From: an uncultured virus (IMG/VR IMGVR_UViG_3300037991_001647) | Taxonomy: Duplodnaviria; Heunggongvirae; Uroviricota; Caudoviricetes | Length of the DNA: 64,000 bases | Virus record (IMG/VR): IMGVR_UViG_3300037991_001647 | Coordinates: 1-64,000 of that record | Reading direction: 5' to 3' (one strand) | Shown: positions 48,916 to 57,255 of the stretch, piece by piece | Layout of the letters: every line of letters begins with the position of its first letter | Position numbering within the stretch: the first letter of the stretch is position 1 | Notes under the pieces: model-generated | The model's database searches: none | Told to the model about the DNA's origin: nothing | What the model saw: the letters and a program-made list of their open reading frames with translations, nothing else | Translations under genes and position numbers: made by a program

Positions 48916-49593
48916 TTATTTGTGTCCTTTCATACTTAACATTAGGTTATAGAATTCTTGTTTAAGATTAGGATCGTCCCTAAACTTACCTAGCATAACT
49001 GCCGTAGTCATATCGCTATCGTGTTCTTTTACACCTCTATGTGTCATACAATGATGTTCTGCTTTTACAACAACTGCAACATTAGGTGTCTTTGCATATT
49101 GCACAAGTTTATCTGCAATCTGCGTTGTCATTTCTTCTTGTATCTGAGGTCTTTCTGCAATATGATGAACAAGTCTATTAAACTTTGATAGACCAATTAC
49201 TTCTTCTTCTGGAAACACACCAACCCAACATTTACCTACAATGTTTTGAAAGTGATGGGCACAAGTACTACGAATAGTGATTGGACCTGTTGTATACAAG
49301 TTGTTGTATCCCATATTAGGAAAACTTGTTACTCTTGGTTCTGGTGCATATCTGCCACCAAATGTTTCATTTAAAAACATTTTAGCAACACGTTTTGCAG
49401 TTTCTTTTGTATTGTGGTCGTTTGCAGTATCTATAACTAGACTTTGCAATACCCTTTCAAACTCGTTTTGTACTTCAAGTTGAAGTGACTCAAGTTCACC
49501 GGGTTTCATAAACTCTGAAATATTGTCGTTACTTTTGAATTTTGCTTTAGCCGTAACGAGGCGCTCTTTGATTATGTCGGAAGTCTTTCTCAC
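48916..49593 (-). CDS. folE: GTP cyclohydrolase I
   Basis: T..RVAKM, STCAHH, IGLSKFNR, RPQIQE, HHCMTHRGV. GTG start. Confidence 0.95.
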   Translation of the reverse strand: MRKTSDIIKERLVTAKAKFKSNDNISEFMKPGELESLQLEVQNEFERVLQSLVIDTANDHNTKETAKRVAKMFLNETFGGRYAPEPRVTSFPNMGYNNLYTTGPITIRSTCAHHFQNIVGKCWVGVFPEEEVIGLSKFNRLVHHIAERPQIQEEMTTQIADKLVQYAKTPNVAVVVKAEHHCMTHRGVKEHDSDMTTAVMLGKFRDDPNLKQEFYNLMLSMKGHK

Positions 49594-49626
49594 GTACTAA
49601 GTTCCTTTCTATTGATATATCTTATT

Positions 49627-49655
49627 AGTATATATGATTAGTTGACCAATGTCAA
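49627..49655 (-). promoter_or_regulatory. sigma70-type promoter for folE-queE
   Basis: TTGACA-N17-TATACT. The -35 box is one arm of a TTGAC-N4-GTCAA palindrome. Confidence 0.65.
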
Positions 49656-49659
49656 TAGT

Positions 49660-50751
49660 TTATTCTGCATATTTGACAGGGTCCATACTCTCTGTTATTC
49701 TCTCTATTAGTTTCTCTCCTGAATAAAACTGATTAACCTTTGCTTTTTCGCTATCCATAAGTTCACCTAAATCTTCATTAGATTTCATTAAGATTCGTAT
49801 ACGTGCTTTAATCTGTTCTATATTCTTTTTAGTCGATTCTAAATCTCTTGTCCATTCACTAGGATATTTAAATGTATCTGACCACATTTCAGTATAACTT
49901 AGTCTATCTGGAACTAATGGAATAGCACCAACTACAAGACCTTCATAGACAGATATGCCTAGGGTTTCTTGTAAGTTAGCACTAAAAACCATTTTTGCCT
50001 TACCAAGCAAGTTGTGGTATTCTTCTTTAGAAAGATTAAGTTCCTGACACTTTATAAATTTATATTCAGGCATTTGCTCTGCAATATAATCAAAAACTTC
50101 CGGCTGTTTCTCAGGAGCAATACGATGTGGAAATAAGATTATATCTTCTTTTTCCATCCCTTTGTACTCCTGTAACTCCGTCTTAATGTACTCCATCGGC
50201 CAACCAACTTGTCTTATTGAGTGAAGTAGTTGCCGGGCGATATCCCTATCGTCCTCAAAAAATGTCTGGGTAAAAATATCAATGTGAAATTTAGTTGCGA
50301 AAAAGTTATCATCATAACATTCGTACATTGCCATTTCAGCATTTCGAACCCAAGGAGTGTCCCCAATCAGTCTTCCTAAAAAGTCTTGAGGGTCATACGA
50401 ACCGGCATGCCACATACCCCCAATCCGGATTTTTACCCCAAGCAGTTCAGCCATATATTTTAACTGAATTACTGTAGGGTTCCACGCATCAGTATATAAA
50501 AAATAGTCTCCGTCTTTTACTTTTCCGTTACAAAAAAGTTCTGCTATTTTTGATATCTGTGCCGCCTTATAGATATTAGTGCCTCCAAAGTTTAGAAAAG
50601 CACCGGGAGTAGTGGCTTCGGGAATGCCTGCCCTAGGGCCGTCTATCACCTCAACATTCAACCCGGCTTTCGATAATAACTTCGGTAAGTGTGTTTTCCA
50701 CTGCTTAGTGTAACGAGTTTCAACACTTTCTAAATCTACAAGGTATATCAT
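49660..50751 (-). CDS. GT-B (GT4-like) glycosyltransferase
   Basis: FPHRIAPEKQ, QETLGISVYEG (E-x7-E), VPDRLSY.E. Confidence 0.75.
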   Translation of the reverse strand: MIYLVDLESVETRYTKQWKTHLPKLLSKAGLNVEVIDGPRAGIPEATTPGAFLNFGGTNIYKAAQISKIAELFCNGKVKDGDYFLYTDAWNPTVIQLKYMAELLGVKIRIGGMWHAGSYDPQDFLGRLIGDTPWVRNAEMAMYECYDDNFFATKFHIDIFTQTFFEDDRDIARQLLHSIRQVGWPMEYIKTELQEYKGMEKEDIILFPHRIAPEKQPEVFDYIAEQMPEYKFIKCQELNLSKEEYHNLLGKAKMVFSANLQETLGISVYEGLVVGAIPLVPDRLSYTEMWSDTFKYPSEWTRDLESTKKNIEQIKARIRILMKSNEDLGELMDSEKAKVNQFYSGEKLIERITESMDPVKYAE

Positions 50752-51326
50752 TCTTTAATGTGTTCCTCTAGAATACTGTAAACATTATGTCCCATTGCTC
50801 TTAATCTATCAGCACCGCCTAAGAAAGTCAAGTCCATAATACTAACAATACCTATTGTTTCTGCTTTCATTCTTTTTATCAATGATGTAGCCGCTTCCAG
50901 TGTTCCACCGGTTGCGATTACATCATCGACTACTAGAACACGGTCGCCTTCTAACACTGAATCTGTTTGTAGGTGTAGTTCGTCCGTACCGTATTCTAAT
51001 TCGTATTTGGTGAATATGGTTTCACCAGGTAATTTACCTTTCTTTCTCGCCATCGCAAATGGTCTACCCATATCTGCCGACAATGCTCCTGCGAGAACAA
51101 ATCCTCTTGCATCTAATCCTACAATACGATTGTACTTGTAGGCAATTTCTGTGTCATACATCCAATCTTTAATCATCTGCATACACTTTCCAATACCCTG
51201 TGGCGTATTAAATATACTTGCCATATCCTGATACATAATACCAGGCTTAGGGTGGTCTGGAACTACTCTAATCATCGATTGAATATCTTCTTTGAGATAT
51301 TTCTTATAATCAGGTGACATACTCAA
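50748..51326 (-). CDS. apt: adenine phosphoribosyltransferase
   Basis: PKPGI.YQD, GLDARGF, RKKGKLP, YELEYG, VDDVIATGGT. Confidence 0.92.
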   Translation of the reverse strand: MSMSPDYKKYLKEDIQSMIRVVPDHPKPGIMYQDMASIFNTPQGIGKCMQMIKDWMYDTEIAYKYNRIVGLDARGFVLAGALSADMGRPFAMARKKGKLPGETIFTKYELEYGTDELHLQTDSVLEGDRVLVVDDVIATGGTLEAATSLIKRMKAETIGIVSIMDLTFLGGADRLRAMGHNVYSILEEHIKE

Positions 51327-51762
51327 TTAATGCTCCATTCTCTCCATCTTCTGAAACTTCAATCTTTACTTCACGACCTGGATACTTCTCCCAGATTTTA
51401 TGAAATAAATCATCTGACATCATTTCACAAGATTTGTAATCTAATTCTAATGTTTTTTCTGCGTATAGTTTTTCTAACCAACGTTTGAATTGTATGAATT
51501 CTATATCTCTATCATTGTGCGTGACAGTGATGGCTACCTTAAAATGAAATATATGTCTATGGGGATAACCCAAAAACGAAACATCATATTCATCTCCAGT
51601 TGCTAATGCAGGGTCGTCTAATGCCGCTGGATATTTGTGTATACCTTCTTTCTTAAATGTAACCCAAATCCAACGTTTTGCATTTTGCATCATATTGTCT
51701 TTCTTAAGTTCTAAGTCTGCTTTTTTAGATTCTTCCAACATATAATTATAATAACTTCCCAT
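51310..51762 (-). CDS. QueD / 6-pyruvoyl-tetrahydropterin synthase-like T-fold protein
   Basis: GIH, HRHIFHF, DIEFI, SCEM, VSEDGENG, plus context with folE/queE. Confidence 0.65.
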   Translation of the reverse strand: MGSYYNYMLEESKKADLELKKDNMMQNAKRWIWVTFKKEGIHKYPAALDDPALATGDEYDVSFLGYPHRHIFHFKVAITVTHNDRDIEFIQFKRWLEKLYAEKTLELDYKSCEMMSDDLFHKIWEKYPGREVKIEVSEDGENGALIEYVT

Positions 51763-51940
51763 CTGTTACTTCTTTCTCAAGTTTCACTATTTCGTCTTTT
51801 AATTTTAGTTTTTCGACTTTCATATTTTGAACGTCAGAATGTCTATTATACTCTTTTATTATCTCGTTGTCAAGATGCCTATGCACTTCTTTTAACTTTT
51901 GTAATCTTCTTGACTTTCCTCTTAGACCTGTTGCCATCAT
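51746..51940 (-). CDS. small coiled-coil protein, DUF465/YdcH-like
   Basis: L...H..LD.EI...K..KL.LKDEI pattern, with a GGAG RBS. Confidence 0.65.
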   Translation of the reverse strand: MMATGLRGKSRRLQKLKEVHRHLDNEIIKEYNRHSDVQNMKVEKLKLKDEIVKLEKEVTDGKLL

Positions 51941-51961
51941 ATAATACTCCTTTTGTTGAGT

Positions 51962-51989
51962 TACTATAGGGGAAAACTCCCCTATAGTA
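51962..51989. terminator. perfect 11-bp stem-loop between the permease and the DUF465-like gene
   Basis: TACTATAGGGG-aaaact-CCCCTATAGTA. A T-tract follows only on the + strand. Confidence 0.55.
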
Positions 51990-52000
51990 TTTTAAATTTG

Positions 52001-53293
52001 TTATGATACTACAAAGTATAGTATCGATACAGCCGCAATAGCAAGAGAACCTGCATTGAGTTCGCTATGTCTACCACTACAAGCCTTAATTACAACGTGT
52101 GCAATAAAGCCTAATGCTATACCATATGCAATATTAAATGTTAGAGGCATAATAATTGCCGCCAATACTGCTGGTGCATATTCACTTACATCATTCCAGT
52201 CAATATCTTTTAAGTTACGTAAGAAATACGTAGCAATAAAGACTAATGCTGGTGCAGTTGCATATGCAGGAATAGATTGTGCCAATGGTGCTAATACCAA
52301 ACACAATGCAAATAATACTGCTACTGTAACCGCAGTTAGTCCTGTTTTACCGCCTTCTTTGATACCAGCACCACTTTCAATATATGATGTAGTGTTACTT
52401 GTACCAACTAAAGCACCTACTGTTGTTGCAGTTGAATCTGCTAATAAGGCTCTATCAATTCCTTCAACTTCGCCTTTTTTATTGACTTTACCTGTTAAGT
52501 TAGCAACACTTGTTAGTGTTCCTGCCGTATCAAAAAAGTCAACAAATAAGAATGCAAAAGCAACTCCGATAAATCCAGCAGTTGCAATCATACTAAAATC
52601 TAATGTAAATGCGTGTGATGGATTCGGTACTGAACCTACTACACCATTTAAATCAGCAATTCCTGTTACCCAAGCAATAATAGATACTGCTAAGATACCA
52701 ATAATAATTGCACCTGGAATCTGTCTTTTATCAGCGATAGCCATTATAGCAAAACCAAGTCCTGCTAATAGAACAGGCCAACTAGAAATATCACCAAGAC
52801 CAACTAATGTTGCCGGGTTATCTACTACAACTCCTGCATTTTTCAAACCAATAATAGCAAGAAACAAACCGATACCTGCGCCGATACCTAGTTTCATTCC
52901 TTTTGGAATACTATTAATGATGTATCTTCGTGCTGGAGTTAAACTTAAACCAAGAAACACAATACCTGCGATAAACACAGCCGCCAGTGCTTGTTGATAT
53001 GTGTACCCCATTCCAAAAATAACACCGAATGCAAAAAAGGCATTCAATCCCATTCCTGGTGCTAGACCTACAGGCCAATTAGCCCATAGTCCCATAATGA
53101 GAGTACCAATTACTGCCGCAATAATTGTTGCAGTAAACACGGCACCGAAATCCATTCCAGTACCTTCAGTTGACAAAATCGCAGGGTTTACCACTGTGAT
53201 ATATGCCATTGTAAGGAATGTCGCAAGACCGGCCATTACTTCCGTTCTGACCGTTGTTTTCTTCTTAGACAAACCAAATAGTTTTTCTAACAT
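52001..53293 (-). CDS. NCS2/AzgA-family purine (adenine/guanine/hypoxanthine) permease
   Basis: E..AG..TF.TMAYI..VNP.IL, APGMGLNAFF, DFFDTAGT, T.YIES.AG...GG.TGLT, MPLTF.IA.GI. Confidence 0.95.
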   Translation of the reverse strand: MLEKLFGLSKKKTTVRTEVMAGLATFLTMAYITVVNPAILSTEGTGMDFGAVFTATIIAAVIGTLIMGLWANWPVGLAPGMGLNAFFAFGVIFGMGYTYQQALAAVFIAGIVFLGLSLTPARRYIINSIPKGMKLGIGAGIGLFLAIIGLKNAGVVVDNPATLVGLGDISSWPVLLAGLGFAIMAIADKRQIPGAIIIGILAVSIIAWVTGIADLNGVVGSVPNPSHAFTLDFSMIATAGFIGVAFAFLFVDFFDTAGTLTSVANLTGKVNKKGEVEGIDRALLADSTATTVGALVGTSNTTSYIESGAGIKEGGKTGLTAVTVAVLFALCLVLAPLAQSIPAYATAPALVFIATYFLRNLKDIDWNDVSEYAPAVLAAIIMPLTFNIAYGIALGFIAHVVIKACSGRHSELNAGSLAIAAVSILYFVVS

Positions 53294-53316
53294 TATATTT
53301 CCTCCTGTTAGTTGTA

Positions 53317-54858
53317 TTAACCAAAAAGATCCGAGACAGTATCAGGTGTAGAATATTCTTTCTTTTTACCTTTTACCGCCTCGGTAAATTCTTCAGTTCT
53401 TACATTTGCTTCCTCAAACTCCATAAAGTCCGGAGTAGTGGAAATGTTTTGGACACGTGAACCTTCACATTTTCTTAAGAATGCTTTAAAGTCAGTTAAC
53501 ATATCCATTGGATTATCTGATACAAATAGTTCCTCTACAAACTTTGCAAAGTATAATACTGTATCAGGTACAACATCACTTAACACATTTGTTTTACCTA
53601 AAGTTATGTTGTGTATATCGATTTTATCACGTAACATTTCATATTCGTGGTCAAATCTTCTTAATGCATCTTGCATACCACGTATATGATATTCTGTATT
53701 ATGTGCTTGAATCAATATGTACGATAAACTATCCCAACTTGATTTTGCTTCCTTCTTGTTCCTATTCAACATACCTGGTTGCATATAGTTGATATCACGC
53801 ATATTAAGTCGTGAACCAATTGCTCCATCGTACATCCAAGGTTGATTCGGATTAGAAATATCTTGTCTCCAATTCAACTTTTTAGTTTTATAAGACCAAG
53901 CACCGGCACTCAAGTCAGGATAGTCATATGCTAGTCCTTTAGATGCAGTGATATAGGGAGAAGCCGCATCAAAGGAAATTGTGATGTTCGGATTTACACG
54001 TTCTCTAAGTTGTCTTTGTATGGCTGTCAAATAACAACCCCAAGGGAGAACACTAATGCCTAAAACGTGTATCCAAACATCGTCACCTGCTAATAGACCA
54101 TCATCACGCATACGTATTAATCGTCTTAGCAAGAGTTCTGCATCACCGGCGTGGTCACCTGCCATCGCATATCCTTCGAATGCTCTGTCGCCATATACTT
54201 TTGGATCGTTAAATTCTTTAACGTTTTGATACCACTTTTCACTAGTTTCCCAATTAGCACCGTGAAGTGTATTAAGAAATTTAGTTTTGCCAGGGATACG
54301 ATTATCTATAAAAAACTTATGATTAAATATTGTTTTCTCTAAACAATCATCAGGACTTTTTAATCCTGTTCTATCACGATACTGTGGAAGATATGCCCAT
54401 AAAGGAATATCAAGTGTCATACTATAATCACAATATTCCTCTAACCAAGTCATAATTCCACAACGTGTCTTTTGCCAATCAGCACCATTTTCGAAATTAC
54501 TCCAGTCAAGTTTCCAAGCACCACTACCAATTTGATAGCCTCCCGAATCACCAACTAATACTGTATTTTCTCTGTTACGATTAACAACCATACCATCATC
54601 TTGTTTAGTACCATCTAAATCAAGATTGGCGTGACCGGCTGAATAAAGCCCGTGTGAGTAATACACATAGCCTTTATCCTTATCAAATATATTCAGTCCT
54701 TCAAGTCCGTGTTCAAACTTCTTTGGAATACGTTCTGGTGGGAACATATCTGTCTTGTCCGCATAATGTTGTGAGATTTTACGAACATAGAAATTTGAAA
54801 TAGCAGGCAAAAATATAGCATAGCCTGAACTTAGATTATTCTTACCTAAGTCTATCAC
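53317..54858 (-). CDS. tRNA-guanine transglycosylase-fold protein, DpdA-like DNA deazaguanine transglycosylase
   Basis: DSGGYQ, MTLDIP, HVLG, SFDAASP and AHN, with no CxCxxC Zn site. Clustered with folE, queE and a queD-like gene next to replication genes. Confidence 0.78.
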   Translation of the reverse strand: MIDLGKNNLSSGYAIFLPAISNFYVRKISQHYADKTDMFPPERIPKKFEHGLEGLNIFDKDKGYVYYSHGLYSAGHANLDLDGTKQDDGMVVNRNRENTVLVGDSGGYQIGSGAWKLDWSNFENGADWQKTRCGIMTWLEEYCDYSMTLDIPLWAYLPQYRDRTGLKSPDDCLEKTIFNHKFFIDNRIPGKTKFLNTLHGANWETSEKWYQNVKEFNDPKVYGDRAFEGYAMAGDHAGDAELLLRRLIRMRDDGLLAGDDVWIHVLGISVLPWGCYLTAIQRQLRERVNPNITISFDAASPYITASKGLAYDYPDLSAGAWSYKTKKLNWRQDISNPNQPWMYDGAIGSRLNMRDINYMQPGMLNRNKKEAKSSWDSLSYILIQAHNTEYHIRGMQDALRRFDHEYEMLRDKIDIHNITLGKTNVLSDVVPDTVLYFAKFVEELFVSDNPMDMLTDFKAFLRKCEGSRVQNISTTPDFMEFEEANVRTEEFTEAVKGKKKEYSTPDTVSDLFG

Positions 54859-54861
54859 TTA

Positions 54862-55617
54862 CTAACTGCCTGATTTTGCTGGAAGAATGTATTCGTATAG
54901 ACCTAATCCACTGTCTACTTGAATCATCATTGCACCTTGGTCTGACATTTTAACACTCATTGTGCTAGTATCACCAAGTTTCAAGATTGTCAAAACAGTT
55001 GCTAGAGGAAAACTCCAACCTGTTTTTAACTCACCACTGACGTTATGTGCAAAAGGAAGTTCTACTCTATCAGTAGACCTGTCACCAATAAAGAATTTTA
55101 GTGTACCATCTACTGTCTTTACAGTAAACAACGGATCGAAAGCACCTAAAATACTTGAAAAGTATTGTAAGTCTTTGATTGCTTTTTGTGTTGGCATAAC
55201 TTCAACGTCCCACTTAGCACCTTTAAAGTTTGCCGTTTTGATTTGTGCATCAACTAACTCTGAAACAATTACACGATAAGTTGATTGCATTGCACCAGGA
55301 ATTTCAAATGAAAGTTGTGTTGGAACTTTCTCACCATTACGTTCTTCGTGAACGACTTCAACTGATGCTTTAACTGATTTACCCTCTTTATCTTCACCTT
55401 CGTAGTTCAGATAACCATTTAATACCCCAAGTCTACCTAGACCGAATTTACCTTGAAACTCTGGTACTGGTTTATGAAGTTTGCCTCGCAATACTACAGT
55501 TCTGTCATCATCCATAGCATCTATAGATGTGCCATTTTCATCTGTAGTTACTTTTGCCGCTTGGATAATACCTAATGAATGAGTATGCTTTACAATATCT
55601 TTTAATATATCTTGCAT
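54862..55617 (-). CDS. putative sliding clamp (gp45-like)
   Basis: 251 aa, beta-rich two-domain pattern ending YEYILPA, close to the DNA polymerase. Inferred. Confidence 0.55.
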   Translation of the reverse strand: MQDILKDIVKHTHSLGIIQAAKVTTDENGTSIDAMDDDRTVVLRGKLHKPVPEFQGKFGLGRLGVLNGYLNYEGEDKEGKSVKASVEVVHEERNGEKVPTQLSFEIPGAMQSTYRVIVSELVDAQIKTANFKGAKWDVEVMPTQKAIKDLQYFSSILGAFDPLFTVKTVDGTLKFFIGDRSTDRVELPFAHNVSGELKTGWSFPLATVLTILKLGDTSTMSVKMSDQGAMMIQVDSGLGLYEYILPAKSGS

Positions 55618-55647
55618 ATTTTGTTCTCCTTATGGTTTAATATTACT

Positions 55648-55676
55648 ATACTATCAGTTTTCAATACCAATGTCAA
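55648..55676 (-). promoter_or_regulatory. possible sigma70-type promoter
   Basis: TTGACA-N17-TAGTAT upstream of the AGGAG RBS of the clamp gene. Confidence 0.4.
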
Positions 55677-56205
55677 TGCTTTTTTTCTTTCTTCCTGATA
55701 CTGGATTGTCTACCCAATGTATCTGATTAGGAGGCATAAAACCCCATATAAACCAAGCATTTCCAAATGTAGGTGCACCTTTTCCAGTAAAATCAATACG
55801 ATTGTTATACACAAGTGCGGACATTCCTTTGTCCATAAACATCTGTCCTCGCTTTAATCCCTGAAAACTTGTCACAGGAAGTAACAAAGCAAATGGTTTA
55901 CCTAGTGAATAACAATGTTCTAAAAACTGATCCTTCTTACTATATGGTGGATTGGTTATAACACCATCAAAGATATCAGACCGTCCACAATCAAAAAAAT
56001 CCCTAGAACCAGACCCAACCATATTATAGCCGTGTTTGGTAAATCCTCTAAGAATGCTTGAACTTTTTCCGCTAGTCGCCTCATAGTAAGTTTTCTCCTT
56101 ATCTAAGTATTTCAGTAAAGGTATGATTTGATCCTCAGGAGTGTAACACTCGTCTGACTCAGTATTCGTTGCTCTACGATTTATTAAGTCCGTATAAGTG
56201 TTCAC
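55654..56205 (-). CDS. small N6-adenine/N4-cytosine methyltransferase-like protein
   Basis: DECYTP, DFF, ITNPPYS, KPFALLLP. GTG start. Confidence 0.7.
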   Translation of the reverse strand: MNTYTDLINRRATNTESDECYTPEDQIIPLLKYLDKEKTYYEATSGKSSSILRGFTKHGYNMVGSGSRDFFDCGRSDIFDGVITNPPYSKKDQFLEHCYSLGKPFALLLPVTSFQGLKRGQMFMDKGMSALVYNNRIDFTGKGAPTFGNAWFIWGFMPPNQIHWVDNPVSGRKKKSIDIGIEN

Positions 56206-56348
56206 CCAAAGAACCTATCAATTACTGCTATTACAAAATGATATGAGAAAAATGCAAACACACAAAATAGTACAAACTTTAGAAATTTGTTCATTCCATC
56301 ATCTGACATCTTTTCCCAATCAGGTCTATTATCTGGTCTACCAAACAT
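56202..56348 (-). CDS. small membrane protein (48 aa)
   Basis: Manual translation MFGRPDNRPDWEKMSDDGMNKFLKFVLFCVFAFFSYHFVIAVIDRFFG, coupled on both sides. Confidence 0.6.
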   Translation of the reverse strand: MFGRPDNRPDWEKMSDDGMNKFLKFVLFCVFAFFSYHFVIAVIDRFFG

Positions 56349-56461
56349 TATGACACCTGTATTGCAATATAAATGCAAAGTACTAGAATGGCAAGTTTGC
56401 CATAGTCAAGGTCAAAATCTGTACCTTCACCATACTTTTTTCTAAATTCGCTGAACTTCAT
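56348..56461 (-). CDS. small membrane protein (37 aa)
   Basis: Manual translation MKFSEFRKKYGEGTDFDLDYGKLAILVLCIYIAIQVS, with TAATG overlaps and a GAGG RBS. Confidence 0.6.
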   Translation of the reverse strand: MKFSEFRKKYGEGTDFDLDYGKLAILVLCIYIAIQVS

Positions 56462-57255
56462 TATTTCCTCCTTGCTTTGTTTTTAATTTCTATTATCTTT
56501 TTTAGTTTCGTTAGTTCTGGTGTAAAAAAGTCTTTTATCATTTCTTCATTTGTACAATCATTAAAGTGTGTTTCATCACAAAGTATTTTTTCTTCACCAT
56601 ACTTTTCTACATAATAATCGTGTGCATTCTTACCTTTGAAATCAATACATATTATATCTTTCATCATTTGTTTATACCCAGGTAAGTTCATAAAGTTCCA
56701 AGACTTTTGCCAACATATAGGAGTAATGTCTAACATCTTACATAATTTTAATGATTGATGTATATCTAACATACCCCAAAATTCCATTGCGGCATCAACT
56801 GATGCTATATTCCATTGTACCTTATTCCAAATATTAAATTCTTTTTTAGTATCACAAATTTTTTTCCAATCCATTTCTTGATGAAGATTTCTCATATATG
56901 GCCATATAGATACAGAATTTTCATATACCTTTGTTTCCATATCATTTAAATCTGTATCATTCCAAATTTGTTCATACATATCTGGTTTATCTTCACCTAA
57001 TGCTTTTACATTTAACATAGACCTATTGTTTACAAATTCTATTATCAAACCATCAATATCATATTTTTCTTTTAAGTATACAATCTTATTTAGGTAAAGT
57101 TCGGTTCCCTTGCCTGAACAGGCACTATTATAAAATTTTATATCAGGATTATATTTCTCTAACCATTTAGTAAATGGTTCTGCAATCTTAATTTTATCCT
57201 TGCTTAAATGACTGCCTACACTATAACTTGAACCAATTATTCCAACTTTACACAT
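56461..57255 (-). CDS. SGNH-hydrolase-like protein
   Basis: IGSSYS, NSACSGKG, C-terminal DETHFN (DxxH). Confidence 0.55.
   Translation of the reverse strand: MCKVGIIGSSYSVGSHLSKDKIKIAEPFTKWLEKYNPDIKFYNSACSGKGTELYLNKIVYLKEKYDIDGLIIEFVNNRSMLNVKALGEDKPDMYEQIWNDTDLNDMETKVYENSVSIWPYMRNLHQEMDWKKICDTKKEFNIWNKVQWNIASVDAAMEFWGMLDIHQSLKLCKMLDITPICWQKSWNFMNLPGYKQMMKDIICIDFKGKNAHDYYVEKYGEEKILCDETHFNDCTNEEMIKDFFTPELTKLKKIIEIKNKARRK

Noticed and set aside
51962..51989. Hairpin as the intrinsic terminator of the permease transcript
   Set aside because: No U-tract follows it on the coding (-) strand. It is more likely a stabilising or processing stem, or a terminator for antisense transcripts.
52056..53351. 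313-aa and 116-aa + strand ORFs
   Set aside because: Antisense shadows of the NCS2 permease, with no RBS or recognisable motifs.
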